Source: Rhina ancylostomus
Lineage: Eukaryota
DNA: 64,000 nucleotides
NCBI GenBank assembly: GCA_030265395.1
Contig: JARFYF010000001.1
Coordinates: forward strand, 100,569,970 to 100,633,969
Direction: 5' to 3'
In this document: one piece after another, positions 50,230-63,110 of the stretch
How positions within the stretch are numbered: position 1 is the first letter of the stretch
How the letters are laid out: each line of letters opens with the position of its first letter
Translations under genes and position numbers: made by a program
The notes under the pieces: model-generated
What the model saw: the letters and a program-made list of their open reading frames with translations, nothing else
What the model was told of the DNA's origin: nothing
Databases searched by the model: none

Positions 50230-51565
50230 GTGCAGCACTGAAATTTAATCTGATGTGTGGTGCTTGTAGGTATCAGACTGGACAAGCTGGATTGGTGTGG
50301 AGGCCTCCTCACTCTTACCCTGCCACCAATCTTGCCAGATTTCCCTCCCCCCCCCCCCGATCTCATATCCCACGCCAGCCCAAATACATTCCTCAACCCT
50401 TCTTCCTGCCCTCTCTGAGCTCCCTTCCCATTCTGTTACCCCGCTGAGCCCTCCCTCCCATCACCCTCTTCTGACCCCAATGTCTTGCCCCACCTCCAAC
50501 CCCTGCTGTCTTCACCATTTGCCCCTGATCTCCCCCTTTCTGATGCTGGGCGATCTGTCCTCAGCAGAAACCTCACTGTTGTACCCCTGTGCCTGCACTT
50601 CAACGAGTTCTGGGCCTTTCTTGATGTCGAGCTCTTCTTCCATTGCGTCTGCCTCCAACCTTACTGCTTTGGCACGGAGGCNNNNNNNNNNNNNNNNNNN
50701 NNNNNNNNNNNNNNNNNNNNNNNNNNNNNNNNNNNNNNNNNNNNNNNNNNNNNNNNNNNNNNNNNNNNNNNNNNNNNNNNNTCTTGATGTCGAGCTCTTC
50801 TTCCATTGCTTCTGCCTCCAACCTTACTGCTTTGGCAAGGAGTCCTCACACTCCACTGATGACCCCTTCTCACTTCTCCGACACTCCCCTTCCTCATGGA
50901 CACCCCCTTCTGGCCTTTGACCCTTTCTTGATGTTTTCATTTTCAATTGCCAATTTGACATCAACCACGTTGACTTCTCAACTCCCCACACCCACGCCAA
51001 CCTCACACTCCGAATGTACAGCTCTCCATTCATTCCGCATCAATCTCAACCTTGTCATTGGAACCACAGACAACGGTGGTGCCATCGTGGTCTGGTAGAC
51101 TTTCCTTTACCTTTCCTTTTCCTTTCCTTTCCTTTACTTTCCTCTACCCCTGGACCTTGACCCCAGCACCAAGCACCAGGCCACCGTCTCCCAGGCCGTC
51201 ACAGATCTCATCACATCAGGAGATCTCCCCTCCATAGCCTCCAACCTGATGGTCCCCCAACCCAAGATCCTGCTTCTACCCAAGATTGCCTGCTTCTACC
51301 CAAGATCCACTAACAGCACTGAACTGGTAGACCCATTGTTTCTGCCTGCTCTTTCCCCACTGAACTTATGTCGTCAGACCTTGACTCTCTCCTGTCTTCT
51401 CTGGTCCAATCCCTTGCCACCTTCACCCATCTCCCTAGCCCCACCGGCTCATCTTCATTATAGACGTCCAATCTTTACCACAGATGCTGCCCTGACATGT
51501 TGAGTTCCTTAAGCAATTTGCTTTTTGCTCCAGATTCCAGCATCTGCAGTTCCTCTTGTGTCTCA
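50230..51565 (+). mobile_element. Penelope-like retroelement, internally deleted (RT N-terminal region and terminal repeat)
   Basis: PDLPLSDAGRSVLSRNLTVVPLCLHFNEF..DVELFF, NLVIGTTDNGGAIVVW (cf. IKPADKGGAVVVW) and terminal CAGATGCTGCC...CCAGATTCCAGCATCTGCAG. A (TTTCC)n-like insert lies at about 51100-51140. Confidence 0.8.
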
Positions 51566-52419
51566 GTTACTAAATTAGTTTGCCTGAAATCATAAATAAA
51601 AATAGAAAATCTGAAATCATTACAGGTTAATGGTGAAACTGATTTGAAACCTTGTTATATAACACTGAGGTTATGTTTTGTGATTCCATTTGTGTCAGAC
51701 TTGTATTTTGGTGAATAAATAGGGGACTTTATCTACCAATATGGCACACAGAAAACTATGCCAATGCTTTGCACACTGGTAATGAATCACTTAATGGGAT
51801 GTGCAAGATGCTATATAAATGAAATTTTTTCTTCTCAATTCAGAGTCAGAACCCAGAGGAAGTCTGATCCTAAAGTATTGTTTATGTTTTACTGTCTGGT
51901 ATTTTCTGCAAAGATCAAGTGTTAACTTTCAGTAGCAGAGCTGAGACTGTTATCTATTCAATATCTTAGAGAAAGGACAAGGTAATGGGAAGTTCCAAAT
52001 GTAAAATAATGGGGAAAGTTAAAGATTGGATAAAAACAAAGAAACACTGCAAAATACACTGTAAGTTCTCATGTACTTCTCTGTGACCTTTAATGATATC
52101 GCAGGCAAAATATAACACAACATGTTCTGCTATTAATTCAGAGCACAAAAAATAGAAATCCACCAATTCAAAGCAGTATTTTTATACTCTGATTTGTTCA
52201 TGTACAAAATTAAATGGGTGATTACCAACTATTATTAAGGATTCAAATCCAATCTGACTCCAACTTGTTTAATGGTGCTTTGTATAAAATTCATGCAATT
52301 GTAACAACTTTGAAGTAGAATTGCTACAATATACCATTGGCTTTTAAATATCACTAAAATATAAAATACTCCATTCTGAAGGTGCTATGAATTGTTTTAA
52401 AATGACCTCTCACTAGTAA

Positions 52420-52585
52420 TTGGTATTGAGATGATGGTAGTGCGCCATCCTCTTTAGCATGCACGGTCCTTATTGTGAAGGTATTTCCATTATGCTGTTC
52501 AGCACACGGTTTTTGACCCAGTGACAATGAAGGTATGGTGAAGATAGTGAATGACTTGGAGGGGGTCTTTCAGGCAGTGATGGTA
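52420..52585 (-). mobile_element. LINE 3'-region fragment (29513/33757 family)
   Basis: TGAAGGTATTTCCATTATGCTGTT...TTTTGACCCAGTGACAATGAAGG...TGACTTGGAGGGGGTCTTTCAGGCAGTGATG parallels 29620-29750. Confidence 0.5.
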
Positions 52586-53929
52586 CGTTAAAGAACAATC
52601 ATTGTTCATATATTAATTGATGTAATATTAAAAATGACATGGGAAAATTTAAAAAAATATATATAGCTGCAATGATACCATGAATATTTTTAGTTGTTTA
52701 GTATATGTTTATGAAATGACATTTTCAACATTTCATCCAGAATAAAGCACATGGTAATTCTCTGAGCATTCACTGTCAGGAAGCTGAGTGACACAATGAA
52801 AACATAAATATATAATTAAATGGAATAGTACACAGGCACATCCTGTCTAACAGATCTAATTGCCTCTAAGTCTATGTTCACTTCAGATTTGCTTGTACTT
52901 GAATCAGTTTACCAAAATAATCTGATTAGGTATATGTTGCATGTTTATGAGTAGAAAGAACTGGCAACTTAGTGGGAAACAAAACAACTTTATTCATATG
53001 TTTTGAAATGGGGCAGCTTAACTTGTTTCAGGAAGTAGGAATCGCATTTAGTGGTATGGTTAATTTTCCATTCATAACAAAAGGTTTGCAACTCTTGAAA
53101 GTTGTCAGAGCTTCTTACTTTACCTCACCGTGGTTCTTTGTTCCATTTGTAGCGTATCTATCACCAAAACTCAATTAAGCACAGCCTCCCTTTCCTCAGT
53201 TGAAATAAACTGTTTACTCCCATTTTTTCACTGTTTACTTCAAATGATGTAAAGAACCCAAATATGACCGTAACATAGGTGTCCAGGGAAATGCTGGAGG
53301 TCAAAAAATTTAACCCACAGAAGAAAAGCAGGTCTCTTTTTTGCAATAAGAGACTTTCTTTCTTTCACAACTAAATGGTTGCATTATAATGTTATTTATA
53401 CCTCACACAGTCTTCTAACAACTCTCCCATTCACACCAGAAGGAGTACATCCTCTTTGTCACTATGTATTGGATTTGTCCCTGGAGATTCACATTAGTCT
53501 GTAGGTAGTTTTAGAGGATGAAACAGGATTAGATAAAGTTTATTGACTGAGATGGCAATCATAAAAAACAAGGCTGCTGAAAGTGCATTTCCTTCTTGTA
53601 TTTCTGACAATCAAACCTCCCTTTGTTTCCATATTATCGTGTCTTTCTTGAAGGATTGCAACTGAGCTGAATCAAAGCTTTGCATAGTTCAGCTCTTTTA
53701 AAAACATTGGAAATTCTCCTCATGTAAAACCTTATGAAAGTTGTGTCATATTTACAATCATGTGTGTTTCATAGTTCAATTTGGCAAAGTATTGTTTGCA
53801 ATTGTGATAAACATTGAAAATAGTGACTCTCATTGTGAGACAAGTTAAACTTCCTGAAACAAGTTAAACAGCACCATTAAAATAGTGACTCTATTGTGAT
53901 TGGCTCTTTGGTTGTTGGAAATAAGTAAG

Positions 53930-54980
53930 TGAAGGACTATTGGAGGAAAAGATCATAAGGATATGAATGATGCTGCAGACTTGAACACAGATTAGGACAA
54001 GAATAGAAAGTAGAAATGTTCACTAGAGGTTTTCTGGGAAGGCATCAATCTTTTTAGACCAGGTGACTCAAGAATTGTATCCTGTAGTTTTGGAGCCAGG
54101 CTTAACATATCCATAACCTCTATTCACCAAAAAAAGATGTTTTGAAGGATGGTAATTCCACAGAGAATTACAAATTAAAAGAGAAGTGTGATCCACACAT
54201 GGCTAAAAGAAAATAAGGATGGAATTGGACTAAAGTGAGAGTCATATTGATGCTCCCAAAAATAAGGAATGAGAAAGCACGTTTCTAAGTCAGTAAAAAA
54301 GAAAGATGAGTGAAAGCAAATTGGATCACTTAGATGATACAACAGAAGAAATTATGGTGAGATATAAAGCTTTTAACTTTTTTAAATCTACCTTCAAATG
54401 GAAGTCACAAATAACATACAATAAATAATGTGGAATAAAGGGTTTGNNNNNNNNNNNNNACTTTGGGAATTGCTATTAGCAAAGAGAACCCACGGGGGAA
54501 ATTAGTATGTCTAAAAATGGACAAATCTCCTGGAACCAATGAGCCACACCCTAGTACTGGCTGCTAGGATGGTGGTGAATTCCCTTGATTTAGAGACCCT
54601 CCCAAAAGACTGAAAGTTAGAGAATGTGACACCACTATTCAAGAGAGGTGGGAAAGAGAAATTAGAGAACTATAGACTAGTTGGCCTGACATAACACTTT
54701 GGGAATAAGCTGGAATAATGTAGTGGAATGGGCTACTAGGAAAATCATTATTGGGGGTGGCCTTTTATATGAAGCACAGGAAGTTAAAATGTAGATGCAT
54801 ACATCAAAAAATAAGAAAGGTAAATGGTATGTAGACCTTTATTGCAAGAGGGTTGAAGCACAAAAGTAAGGAAGCCTGGCTGCTACTGTGCAGGCATTTG
54901 GTGGAGACCACTTTGGAATGGCAGAGTGCTGTTTAGGTGTTTGTATATGTTTACCTTAAAGGTTCACGAGATTGATTCTG
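53930..54980 (+). mobile_element. Old, heavily deleted CR1 ORF2
   Basis: LKMDKSPGTNEPHP, D*KLENVTPLFKRGGKEKLENYRLVGLT and IRKVNGM*TFIARGLKHKSKE. Confidence 0.7.
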
Positions 54981-56808
54981 CATTTTAAAATACCAATCTT
55001 TCAGAAGCCTAACACTCTCTACACAACAATTTTCTCAGAGCAACAGAGAAGAATAACTAGAATCTTCCACTGGCATTGGTGTTGTGGGTGAAAATTCTCT
55101 TGCATCATTATACAATTGGGACTAGTTATTTTCTGAAAACCTATGTTAGTAAAAAATAAATAAGTGTCTTCTCGCTTCTGGTAAATGACTACACTACAGA
55201 TAAGGCAGATAGATCATAAATACTTTCAAATGTACAAGGCAGCATCATCACAGATATTACATTGTACAGCCTACAATGCCAGTTGCCACTTACTTGGCAT
55301 GAATTACTGACCAGATGGTCCGTGCTTGCATTGCTTCTAACAGATGGGGAGGTGCTGTGTCTTCAGTGATCATATTGATGCATTGAAACAAAGGCAATCA
55401 TTGGAGAACAGAGTAAAATAGTATAAGACAATGCTTTTCTCCTAAACCAAAGTTTTGCATGATATCTTAGGCAAAAAAAAAGGTAAGATTTAGCTGTTTT
55501 GTAATGACCAAATGGTATTGAAATGCAGCCTCTTATTTCTGACAGATTATAATTTCACAAAAATATAAACTGTAGCAGATACTTCACATTCCTATCCATC
55601 CTTTTATCCTTATCAGAGAGAAAGAGAGGATTTTCTTTAAAACAAAACACCTACCCACCACAAGTAAGACTGACAATTAGCTATGTGATTGTCCTTATGG
55701 TCTTCCCTCTTCTAGTTCTGTTTGTCCTGCCTGTACATTGCTGTGCAGCCTACCATTGATTATTGCATATATAAAGTCAAAAAGTGATTGACAAGGTGTT
55801 TCGCTGGAGGCTGCAGAAAGAAGTTATGGATGGTGGATTTAAGGGGAGACTGCTAGAAAGAGATTGACTGGATGATGGAAATGTGGATACATGAGCACTT
55901 CTTGCATCGGGTACCAATCAATAATGCCACAGGGACAGGATTTTCAAACATCTATTTTTTCTGATATTATTATTGATCTAAATGGAGAGCCAAGGGACAG
56001 AACTTACAGGTTTGTTGATTCTCCAACTTGTGTTGGACAGCATGATCAATTAGCAAGACTGAACTCATCCAAATGTGTTTGAAGAAACTATACCCAATCT
56101 ATTGGTGGACAGATTGGAAGCTGGTGATAATGGATACTGAGAGCCAAATCAATAGTCTGTCAATCAAGACAGTAGGGTGGCATTATATGCTTAAGCATCA
56201 GTGCACCAGGGTGCAGTGAACTGGGACGTATTTTCTGTCTCCACATGACCAAGCTTCCATCTTAGCTGATTCAAAATGGCACCTGCTGGTTGAGAACTGT
56301 ATAGGCAGAGGACCGGGGGAGCCACTCATGTTTGGTGCAGGGTCCAAGAAAACCAAGGGATGGATGGGAATAAAGTAAAGGATAGGTAACAGTATACACA
56401 TTGGTATAATGCAGAAGGAAGCTGATTCCACTGGTAGTTAAGGCTTATTGAGGTTACTGTGTCTACACCTTTAACTGTTGGATCAGAATGAATACTAGAT
56501 TGGTGGGTAGTAGCCTTCTCTCCTTGCTGGCTGTTGGGTCTTGAGTGAAATATGTGAGCAGTGCTGATCTGACTTTTTTTGTGGGCACTAAGCCGTCCCA
56601 GTGCTACCCTAAGTTGGCTTTGAACTTGCTGTCTCCTCCAGTGTTTTCTCAAGGGTGCCAAACATAGAAAATATTATATCACAGAGCAGAGGTCAGAATG
56701 AAGCCCCATTGTCAGAATAGACCTGATGGAACATCACTGTGTGCCTAATGCATATCGATGTGCAATCTGAGAGTATTTCATTCCAATCCAGGTTATGGTG
56801 TCAGTTTG

Positions 56809-57602
56809 GGATTAACAGTACTTGCATCACGGAATTAGAAGCCCTCGTGGAACTATCCGAAAGAACAGCAGGAAGTTACAAAAGTGGAAGTGGGGGGTTT
56901 TGGGGATTACTTAAAGTGGTTGCAAGGTTAGGCTACTGTAAGTAATCCCCATCCTCTTCCCCACAACCCCCCCCCCACAAAGCTTCTTCTCTTCCCTTGC
57001 CTAGGCTACCTCGCTTTTTTCTATCCCCCTTTTTTCCTTTCTCTCCTTACCTTTGACCCATCCCCCGGTGGATCTGCTCTCCCCTCCTCCCCTGTACCTG
57101 CCTATCACTATCTCTTACCTGCACCTACCTGTCACCACCCTGTGCCCCCCCTCCCGCCTCCCCTCTTTTNNNNNNNNNNNNNNNNNNNNNNNNNNNNNNN
57201 NNNNNNNNNNNNNNNNNNNNNNNNNNNNNNNNNNNNNNNNNNNNNNNNNNNNNNNNNNNNNNNNNNNNNNNNNNNNNNNNNNNNNNNNNNNNNNNNNNNN
57301 NNNNNNNNNNNNNNNNNNNNNNNNNNNNNNNNNNNNNNNNNNNNNNNNNNNNNNNNNNNNNNNNNNNTGATGCCACTCTTACTTCCACTACATGCCCCCT
57401 TATCGCCCTTTTTACCCATGTACCATCAGTCCTCTTGGATTCCATCTTTTCACAAGCCTTCCCTCATCACAGTATTTCCAGTATTCTCAATTATTTTTGC
57501 AGATTTCCAGTATTTGCAGTATTTTGCTTTTGTAACTTCCTGCTGTTCTTTCAGATAGTTCCACAAGGCCTTCTAATTCAGTGATGCAAGTACTATTAAT
57601 CC
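56809..57602. repeat. 76-bp inverted repeat pair (56809-56884 and 57527-57602)
   Basis: 71/76 identical by manual alignment. The ORF track shows the same peptide INSTCITELE(A/G)LVELSERTAGSYKS on both strands. Confidence 0.95.
56939..57169 (+). mobile_element. Young Penelope-like 3'UTR (C/T-rich), running into an N-gap
   Basis: CTTTGACCCATCCCCCGGTGGATCTGCTCTCCCCTCC...CCTGCCTATCACTATCTCTTACCTGCACCTACC resembles a recalled batoid Penelope UTR. Confidence 0.6.
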
Positions 57603-57714
57603 TGAAATGTTGACCACCTGCTTTTCTCCACGGATGCTGCCTGGTCTGCTGAGTTCCTCCAGCATCATGATGTTTTTCATCCAGATTCCAGCATCCGCAG
57701 TCCTTTGTTTCTCT
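57601..57714 (+). mobile_element. Penelope-like terminal repeat starting within the hammerhead 3' half
   Basis: CCTGAAATGTTGACCACCTGCTTTTCTCCACGGATGCTGCCTGGTCTGCTGAGTTCCTCCAGCATC...AGATTCCAGCATCCGCAGTCCTTTGTTTCTC. An older terminal fragment lies at 57480-57530. Confidence 0.8.
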
Positions 57715-59689
57715 AATATTGCACATGCTTCTACTTCTAAGAACATCCCTCAATGGCCAAGTCTTCACAAAAATATTACAATATACTTGCATTGTACCTT
57801 CTTAAGGTACAGTGCTGAAATCTAATGTTGGATTTAGCTGGACAGCTGCACTTTCAAGCCAATGAAAAATCATAGGGTATAGACTGATTCCATATCTACG
57901 CCAACAGATAAGTCTCCGTGCTGAGAATGCAATACAGGGAATGTTGGCTATAGGAAGAAGAGTGCACCTTTTGGACCACACTTTTCACCACGAGGACACT
58001 GATGGAAAATAAGCACAAAAGGAGAGATTATTTTTAGATTTCAAAGCTGATTGGTGGAAACGGATCTACAATATTTTGGGAAAATATTGACCAAGTTTGC
58101 GCCTGAAGCTTACCTTTTCCATGTCCACCACCTTCTGAAGCCAACCTAACCTAAATGATGAGACTTTTCCTGGGGCAGGGGCTAGTGCAATTCAGCAAGC
58201 CGCAACAAGCCCTGCCCACAAACGAGTGCAAAAATCGCAAACTGCCTGCTAAACGGTTCTCCCAGGCTTAGCCAATTGTCAAACTTGTCAGGGACTTTGA
58301 ATGCTACTGATATGCAGATCCATTCAAAAATCAAGTGAACAATTTAGAAAAATGCAAAATAATTTAAAACATTTTAAAAATTAGAATATTTAATAATTTT
58401 GAAACAATTCATTTAAAAACATTGAAGTAAATTTAATTAATTCAAAAAAAATCTGCTTCCTAATACTCACGGCCTAATGACCTAATCACTCACAGCCTTT
58501 CCTCTGCATTAAAGTGAAAGGACTCATTCTTCAATGAAATCTATCCTGCCACAGGTCAGTGGGCAGATTCCTCAGTGGAAGTGCCAGGAAATTGCACATT
58601 CAGGCTCCCCAGCTGGACCCCTTGAGGGGTCCAACATCAGAGTGCAGTTGGCCAAATCCCAGTGAGGGGTAGACATGTGAAGAACTTCCATGCTCGGAAG
58701 GGAATCCTGAACATTCTGATGCAGGAATGGGGAGTAAATCCCAAAAGTTTTAATATGGCCTTTCCATGTTATCCTTTTCAACCAAGCTCCAGCCCAATAC
58801 ACTGCAGCATGATTTAACCATTTAAGATATCGACAAGCATTGGGTAATAAAAACAAGGCATCTGATTTAATTTAAAACTGAGAATTGAGAAGAAACCTCT
58901 TACAGGGTAGGTTTGTGTGCACATAAATTATCATTCAGTCTGGCATAACGCTGCCCAATTTTTTTTTGGATGTTATATCAGAAGAAAAATTGAGAAACCC
59001 AGTGTAAACCCAGGCCCAGGAAAGAGTTGTCCCAATGCTGAAGAGAACAGTACTGTGCAAGTCAAAAGTGTTCCAACATTGGGCACTTCATGGGGTCTCG
59101 TGGTGGAGTGTGAATATGCAGTTCTCCAGCTCTTACACTGAGGAAATATCCCCTGCATCTGCTCCAGGCTAGATTGTTCATTTCAATGGAGAGCAGAGGC
59201 TGTAAATTGTGTCCACTTTTTGATCTCTTAGCACTGGTGGGAAATTTGATGCCTGACTTTCTGGCAGGACCTTCACTGGCACTAGAAACAAGGTTCTACC
59301 ATGAAATTCATCCCAATTATGTCAACAACACTGCAATGCCCATATTTTTGCCTTCCAGTGTAATTTTCAACATTACTGATCAGAAAAATGACAGTCCTTG
59401 TTTATTCACAGCACAGCCAGTTTTTACTAGCACTGTTTCCCCTGAAACCACGCTATTTAAAGGGCCAATCACACTCAAACTGCATTCTTTGCCAGGCTGC
59501 TCCACAGCACTGCAGCCGGTCTGCTTATTCTATGCATAGCTCACACTTAAACTACACTTCTACATTTCAAGCCTCAAAACTGACTTCCAATGAGTAATTG
59601 ACTACACCCAACATTATTGCTGGAAGGCATGCAACTTGAAACATCGACAGCCAGGAAACCACACGAGAGAATACATGGCAGCACATATC

Positions 59690-60040
59690 ACCAAAGACCT
59701 TATTCACCCAGGGTTTAGAGAGGGCCATAAATATATTTAAACATCAGCACACAAATCTCTACTCAGGCTATCCTTCACCAAGACAGTCCTGAGTAGCATC
59801 CGGTAATCTCAAATCTAGGCTCACACACATGACTCAACTGGTCTTGTAGTTAAGGTCACAGTCACTCTCAGCTTACAGGTTGTGCTGCTGATCTCTGCCA
59901 CATCTCACAGATTCACTGCACCGTGAGGGAGGTCACACAAGCTCCACGCTCAGAGGGAGAAGACCATCTCCTTTTCCTTAAGCCTAGAGGGTATAAAGAT
60001 TTGCTTTTCACTGCACATTCCCCAAAGTACAGCTATGAAG
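59690..60040 (+). mobile_element. Harbinger DDE transposase N-terminal half, decayed
   Basis: In order across frameshifts: RPYSPRV*R..IYLNIS, LRLSFTK, LVVKVTVTLS, AADLCHISQIHCTVREVTQA and FPKVQ, all typical of HARBI1-like transposases. Confidence 0.7.
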
Positions 60041-61929
60041 AGACCAAGCAGGCATAACAGTATCACCTCAAGCTTCCCTCTGCCTAGTGTGTCTGACTGT
60101 TGCTTTGGACTGGCCCTCACCCAGGCAGACTGGCCTCCCCTCCTCTAATATAAGTTCTGAGCCCTGTCAATGAAACTGGCCATACATTCCCTCCTCTCTC
60201 CTACCTCTCCATCCACTAATCTCCATGCAGCGACATTTTTGGCAAGTTGCAGCGGTTGTGCTCCTGCAGCATACATGCCATTTAAGGCCTGGATCCCACA
60301 GTTGTGGCATGAAAGTTGCAATCAAGGATTTTCAGGCATGTGCACTGAACCAGGAAAACTGCTCTAATACAGCCAAATTCGACAATGCTTTTTAGTGATA
60401 GTCATGTTGGAAGATCTCCACCATGTTGGTGCTTTGGAAATTACTGTCAGTGCACTTGAAGGTCACAAATAGGACCAAGAACACTTTTAGGTTGAAAGTT
60501 GTAATCATTCTGCCCCAATCGAGACTTGTATAGCAATTAGCTATTCCCATGATATGGTGAGCTGGATTACAACGAACGAGACTGTTGTAGGTTCTACATC
60601 CTCACACTGGTGGTGACTGCTGATGATGGATTCATGACTTCTGAGATATGATTAATAAAGCTGGAATTTGCTCATAAACTTATTTGACAGGAGCAACCAA
60701 GAGAATATTTTCCATTAGTTTGTGATCATCAACCATACTTGTAACTGTTGATATACTGAAGGGTATTTAAAATGTCAGTGAAGGCTCACATGCATCCAGC
60801 CTGTGAAAGGTGTACTTTGGTGACTCAGGGACTGATAAATAATCAATATAAATCCTGCAAATCGTCGTGACGTACATAGGTGTTAGTATATTCTGTAAGG
60901 ATGGAAGTGCAGAACTTTTAAATAAAATTGTACACCCCAAAATCTTCAATCTGGCCAGGTTGTAATATTCAAAACAAGAAGATAAATAAAACATCTTAAA
61001 ATTATTTTTTTCTTTCAGTTTTATTGAACATCACATCATATTTGTAAAATTTAATCATTATGCAGGATTAGCAAATTGTTGAGGTTTTTGCAGAATAAAG
61101 TATAACTGAAGAAATATGCCATCTGTCTGTCAGTATACTAAAAATGTATTGTGTAAATAATATACCCTTTCATAGAGCTATTCTAATCTTTGTCAAGTCA
61201 ACAGAGGTCACAAGTCAGCTTTTGCAGAGTGAAATGAGCTCACAAATGCATGAATCCACATAAGACTTTGTTTATATCAGGTGATGAAAGGATGTTTGTA
61301 AGTAAATCAATGGCAATACTGACAAATACAGCATCTGAGAGCATTGGATCACTTATCACATTGATTTGCACTGCAACATAATATGAAGACTATACACAGA
61401 AACTTTAGTAAGTCAGCCTACAAATTAACTCATTCGATATTGACCTTTCAATTCCAACCATATTATAAGTGCCTTGAATGATTAATGGAAAGAATTTTCA
61501 GCTAAGGCAGCATTTGTTTTGTTAAATGGTTTTCTTTACAAGTATCTGTGTAAAATTGGCAAATATACTGGTACAAGTCAGCAATATGGTGGATCTTTAA
61601 CTCTGAAGTTTAAATCAATTGAAATGAATTCTTGCCATGGTGCAATGATGTTCAATGATGTCCATTTCCTGGTCTGAGATTGGGTTAGTGGAAAGGTTCC
61701 TTACAATGAGTCTGACTTGTTTTAGGATCTGAAGGCATTTAATATTAAGGGGTAAAAAGTGAAAGAGTTATACTTAACTTGAAGGTATCAGTTATACCTT
61801 CATGTTAAGGAGCACACATTTTTGACAAAATATCAATAGATATTATGGAAAGGATTTGGGGAAAGGATGGAAACCGGTACTAAATAGGTCAAGTAGCTTC
61901 TGTGGAGAGAAAAATACCTTCTTGGATAA

Positions 61930-62110
61930 AATATTCCACTTGATTGACACCGTCCAACACACTATTTAGTTATTCTCCCCACCACTGGCACACCATACCT
62001 GCAATGTGTATCCCCTGCAAAACTCATTGAGCTTATCCTGACAGCACCTCCCAAACTCAATGGCCAAGAAAGACAAGGGTAACAGGCACATCAGAACACC
62101 AAAACCTTTT
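61930..62110 (+). mobile_element. LINE C-terminal fragment (29513/33757 family)
   Basis: CCACTTGATTGACACC...TCTCCCCACCACTGGCACACC..GCAATGTGTA...GACAGCACCTCCCAAAC...AAGACAAGGGTAACAGGCACAT. Confidence 0.55.
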
Positions 62111-62809
62111 TCAGATAACCTTGGATGCTGGGTCCTTCCTTTAAAATGTTTCTTTCTTCTTCGTATTTCTTTACATCTCTCAGGAAGAGGCACAGAAATA
62201 TAAAGATCTCCCATTGATTTAATAAAACGTGTTCATATGTTATACATCTCCTGTTATTATACAACAATATGCATTCAACTTCTCATGAGGAATGATATTC
62301 ACCGTCTTTTTATAGCATTACAAGCGTGCCTGGTGGATGGTACATATTAAGTTATTACATTCTTCCTACAAATGCTTTCTGATATATTACTGCCTGATAT
62401 CAGAGATCCAATTTTTGTTTCTTTTAACATTGTTAAAAAATAATTTGCAAAAAATGCAAAACATACATCTGTAACATTTACACAATCAAGTGAAGGAAAG
62501 CTGCTTTCATTTGGTTTGAATGTTTCAGTTGGAATTTTAACATGATACCCTTTACTTGTACGTTTGCAAGTCCTGACACTGGATATTTGTAATAATGTAC
62601 TTTAGCATGATAAATGTTAATTTTCTTCTGTCAGATCTGTCATAAGCCAGAACTGCTTTTAATTCTAAGATAATCCTTTTCTGTAAAAGTAACAATCAAT
62701 TTAGTTTCTTCACAGCAAATCAAGTTCTTGACTATCTCTTCTTTCTTCCCTGTCTTGTCCATCCTGACTTCCAGTTAGAAATGGGGGGAGGTCATGGACT
62801 TCCATAAGT

Positions 62810-63110
62810 CCTCTGCAACCTTAAGCTGTCCGAGATGTTTGCACTCCTCCAGTTCTGGCCTCTTGGTCATTGATCAATCGTAAGTGGCTATGCCTCCAGC
62901 TGCTCAAGCCTTCAACTTTGAAACTGCGTTGTTGACCATTCACTTATGTTAAAATGCTCCTTAAAACCATTTTGACCAAGTTTATGACCATCTGTCCTTA
63001 CATCTCATAATGTGGTTGAGTTTCAAGTTTTCTTTGGTAATGAACTAGTAAAGCATTTTGGGATGCTTTGCAATGTTAGAAGTCTGATTATAACTAGAAG
63101 CTGTTTTGTT
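62810..63110 (+). mobile_element. L2 LINE 3' end
   Basis: GCACTCCTCCAGTTCTGGCCTCTTG...AAAATGCTCCTTAAAACC..TTTGACCAAG...GTAAAGCATTTTGGGATGCTTT...ATAACTAGAAGCTGTT. Confidence 0.7.

Larger units (their letters stand above)
1560..57367. other. Assembly gaps (N runs) at 1560-1659, 14512-14611, 20941-20957, 26510-26519, 27994-28093, 28622-28717, 34399-34498, 41837-41936, 43950-44049, 49002-49204, 50682-50781, 54447-54459, 57170-57367
   Basis: Directly visible. Many are about 100 N placeholders, mostly inside or next to repeats. Confidence 0.97.
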
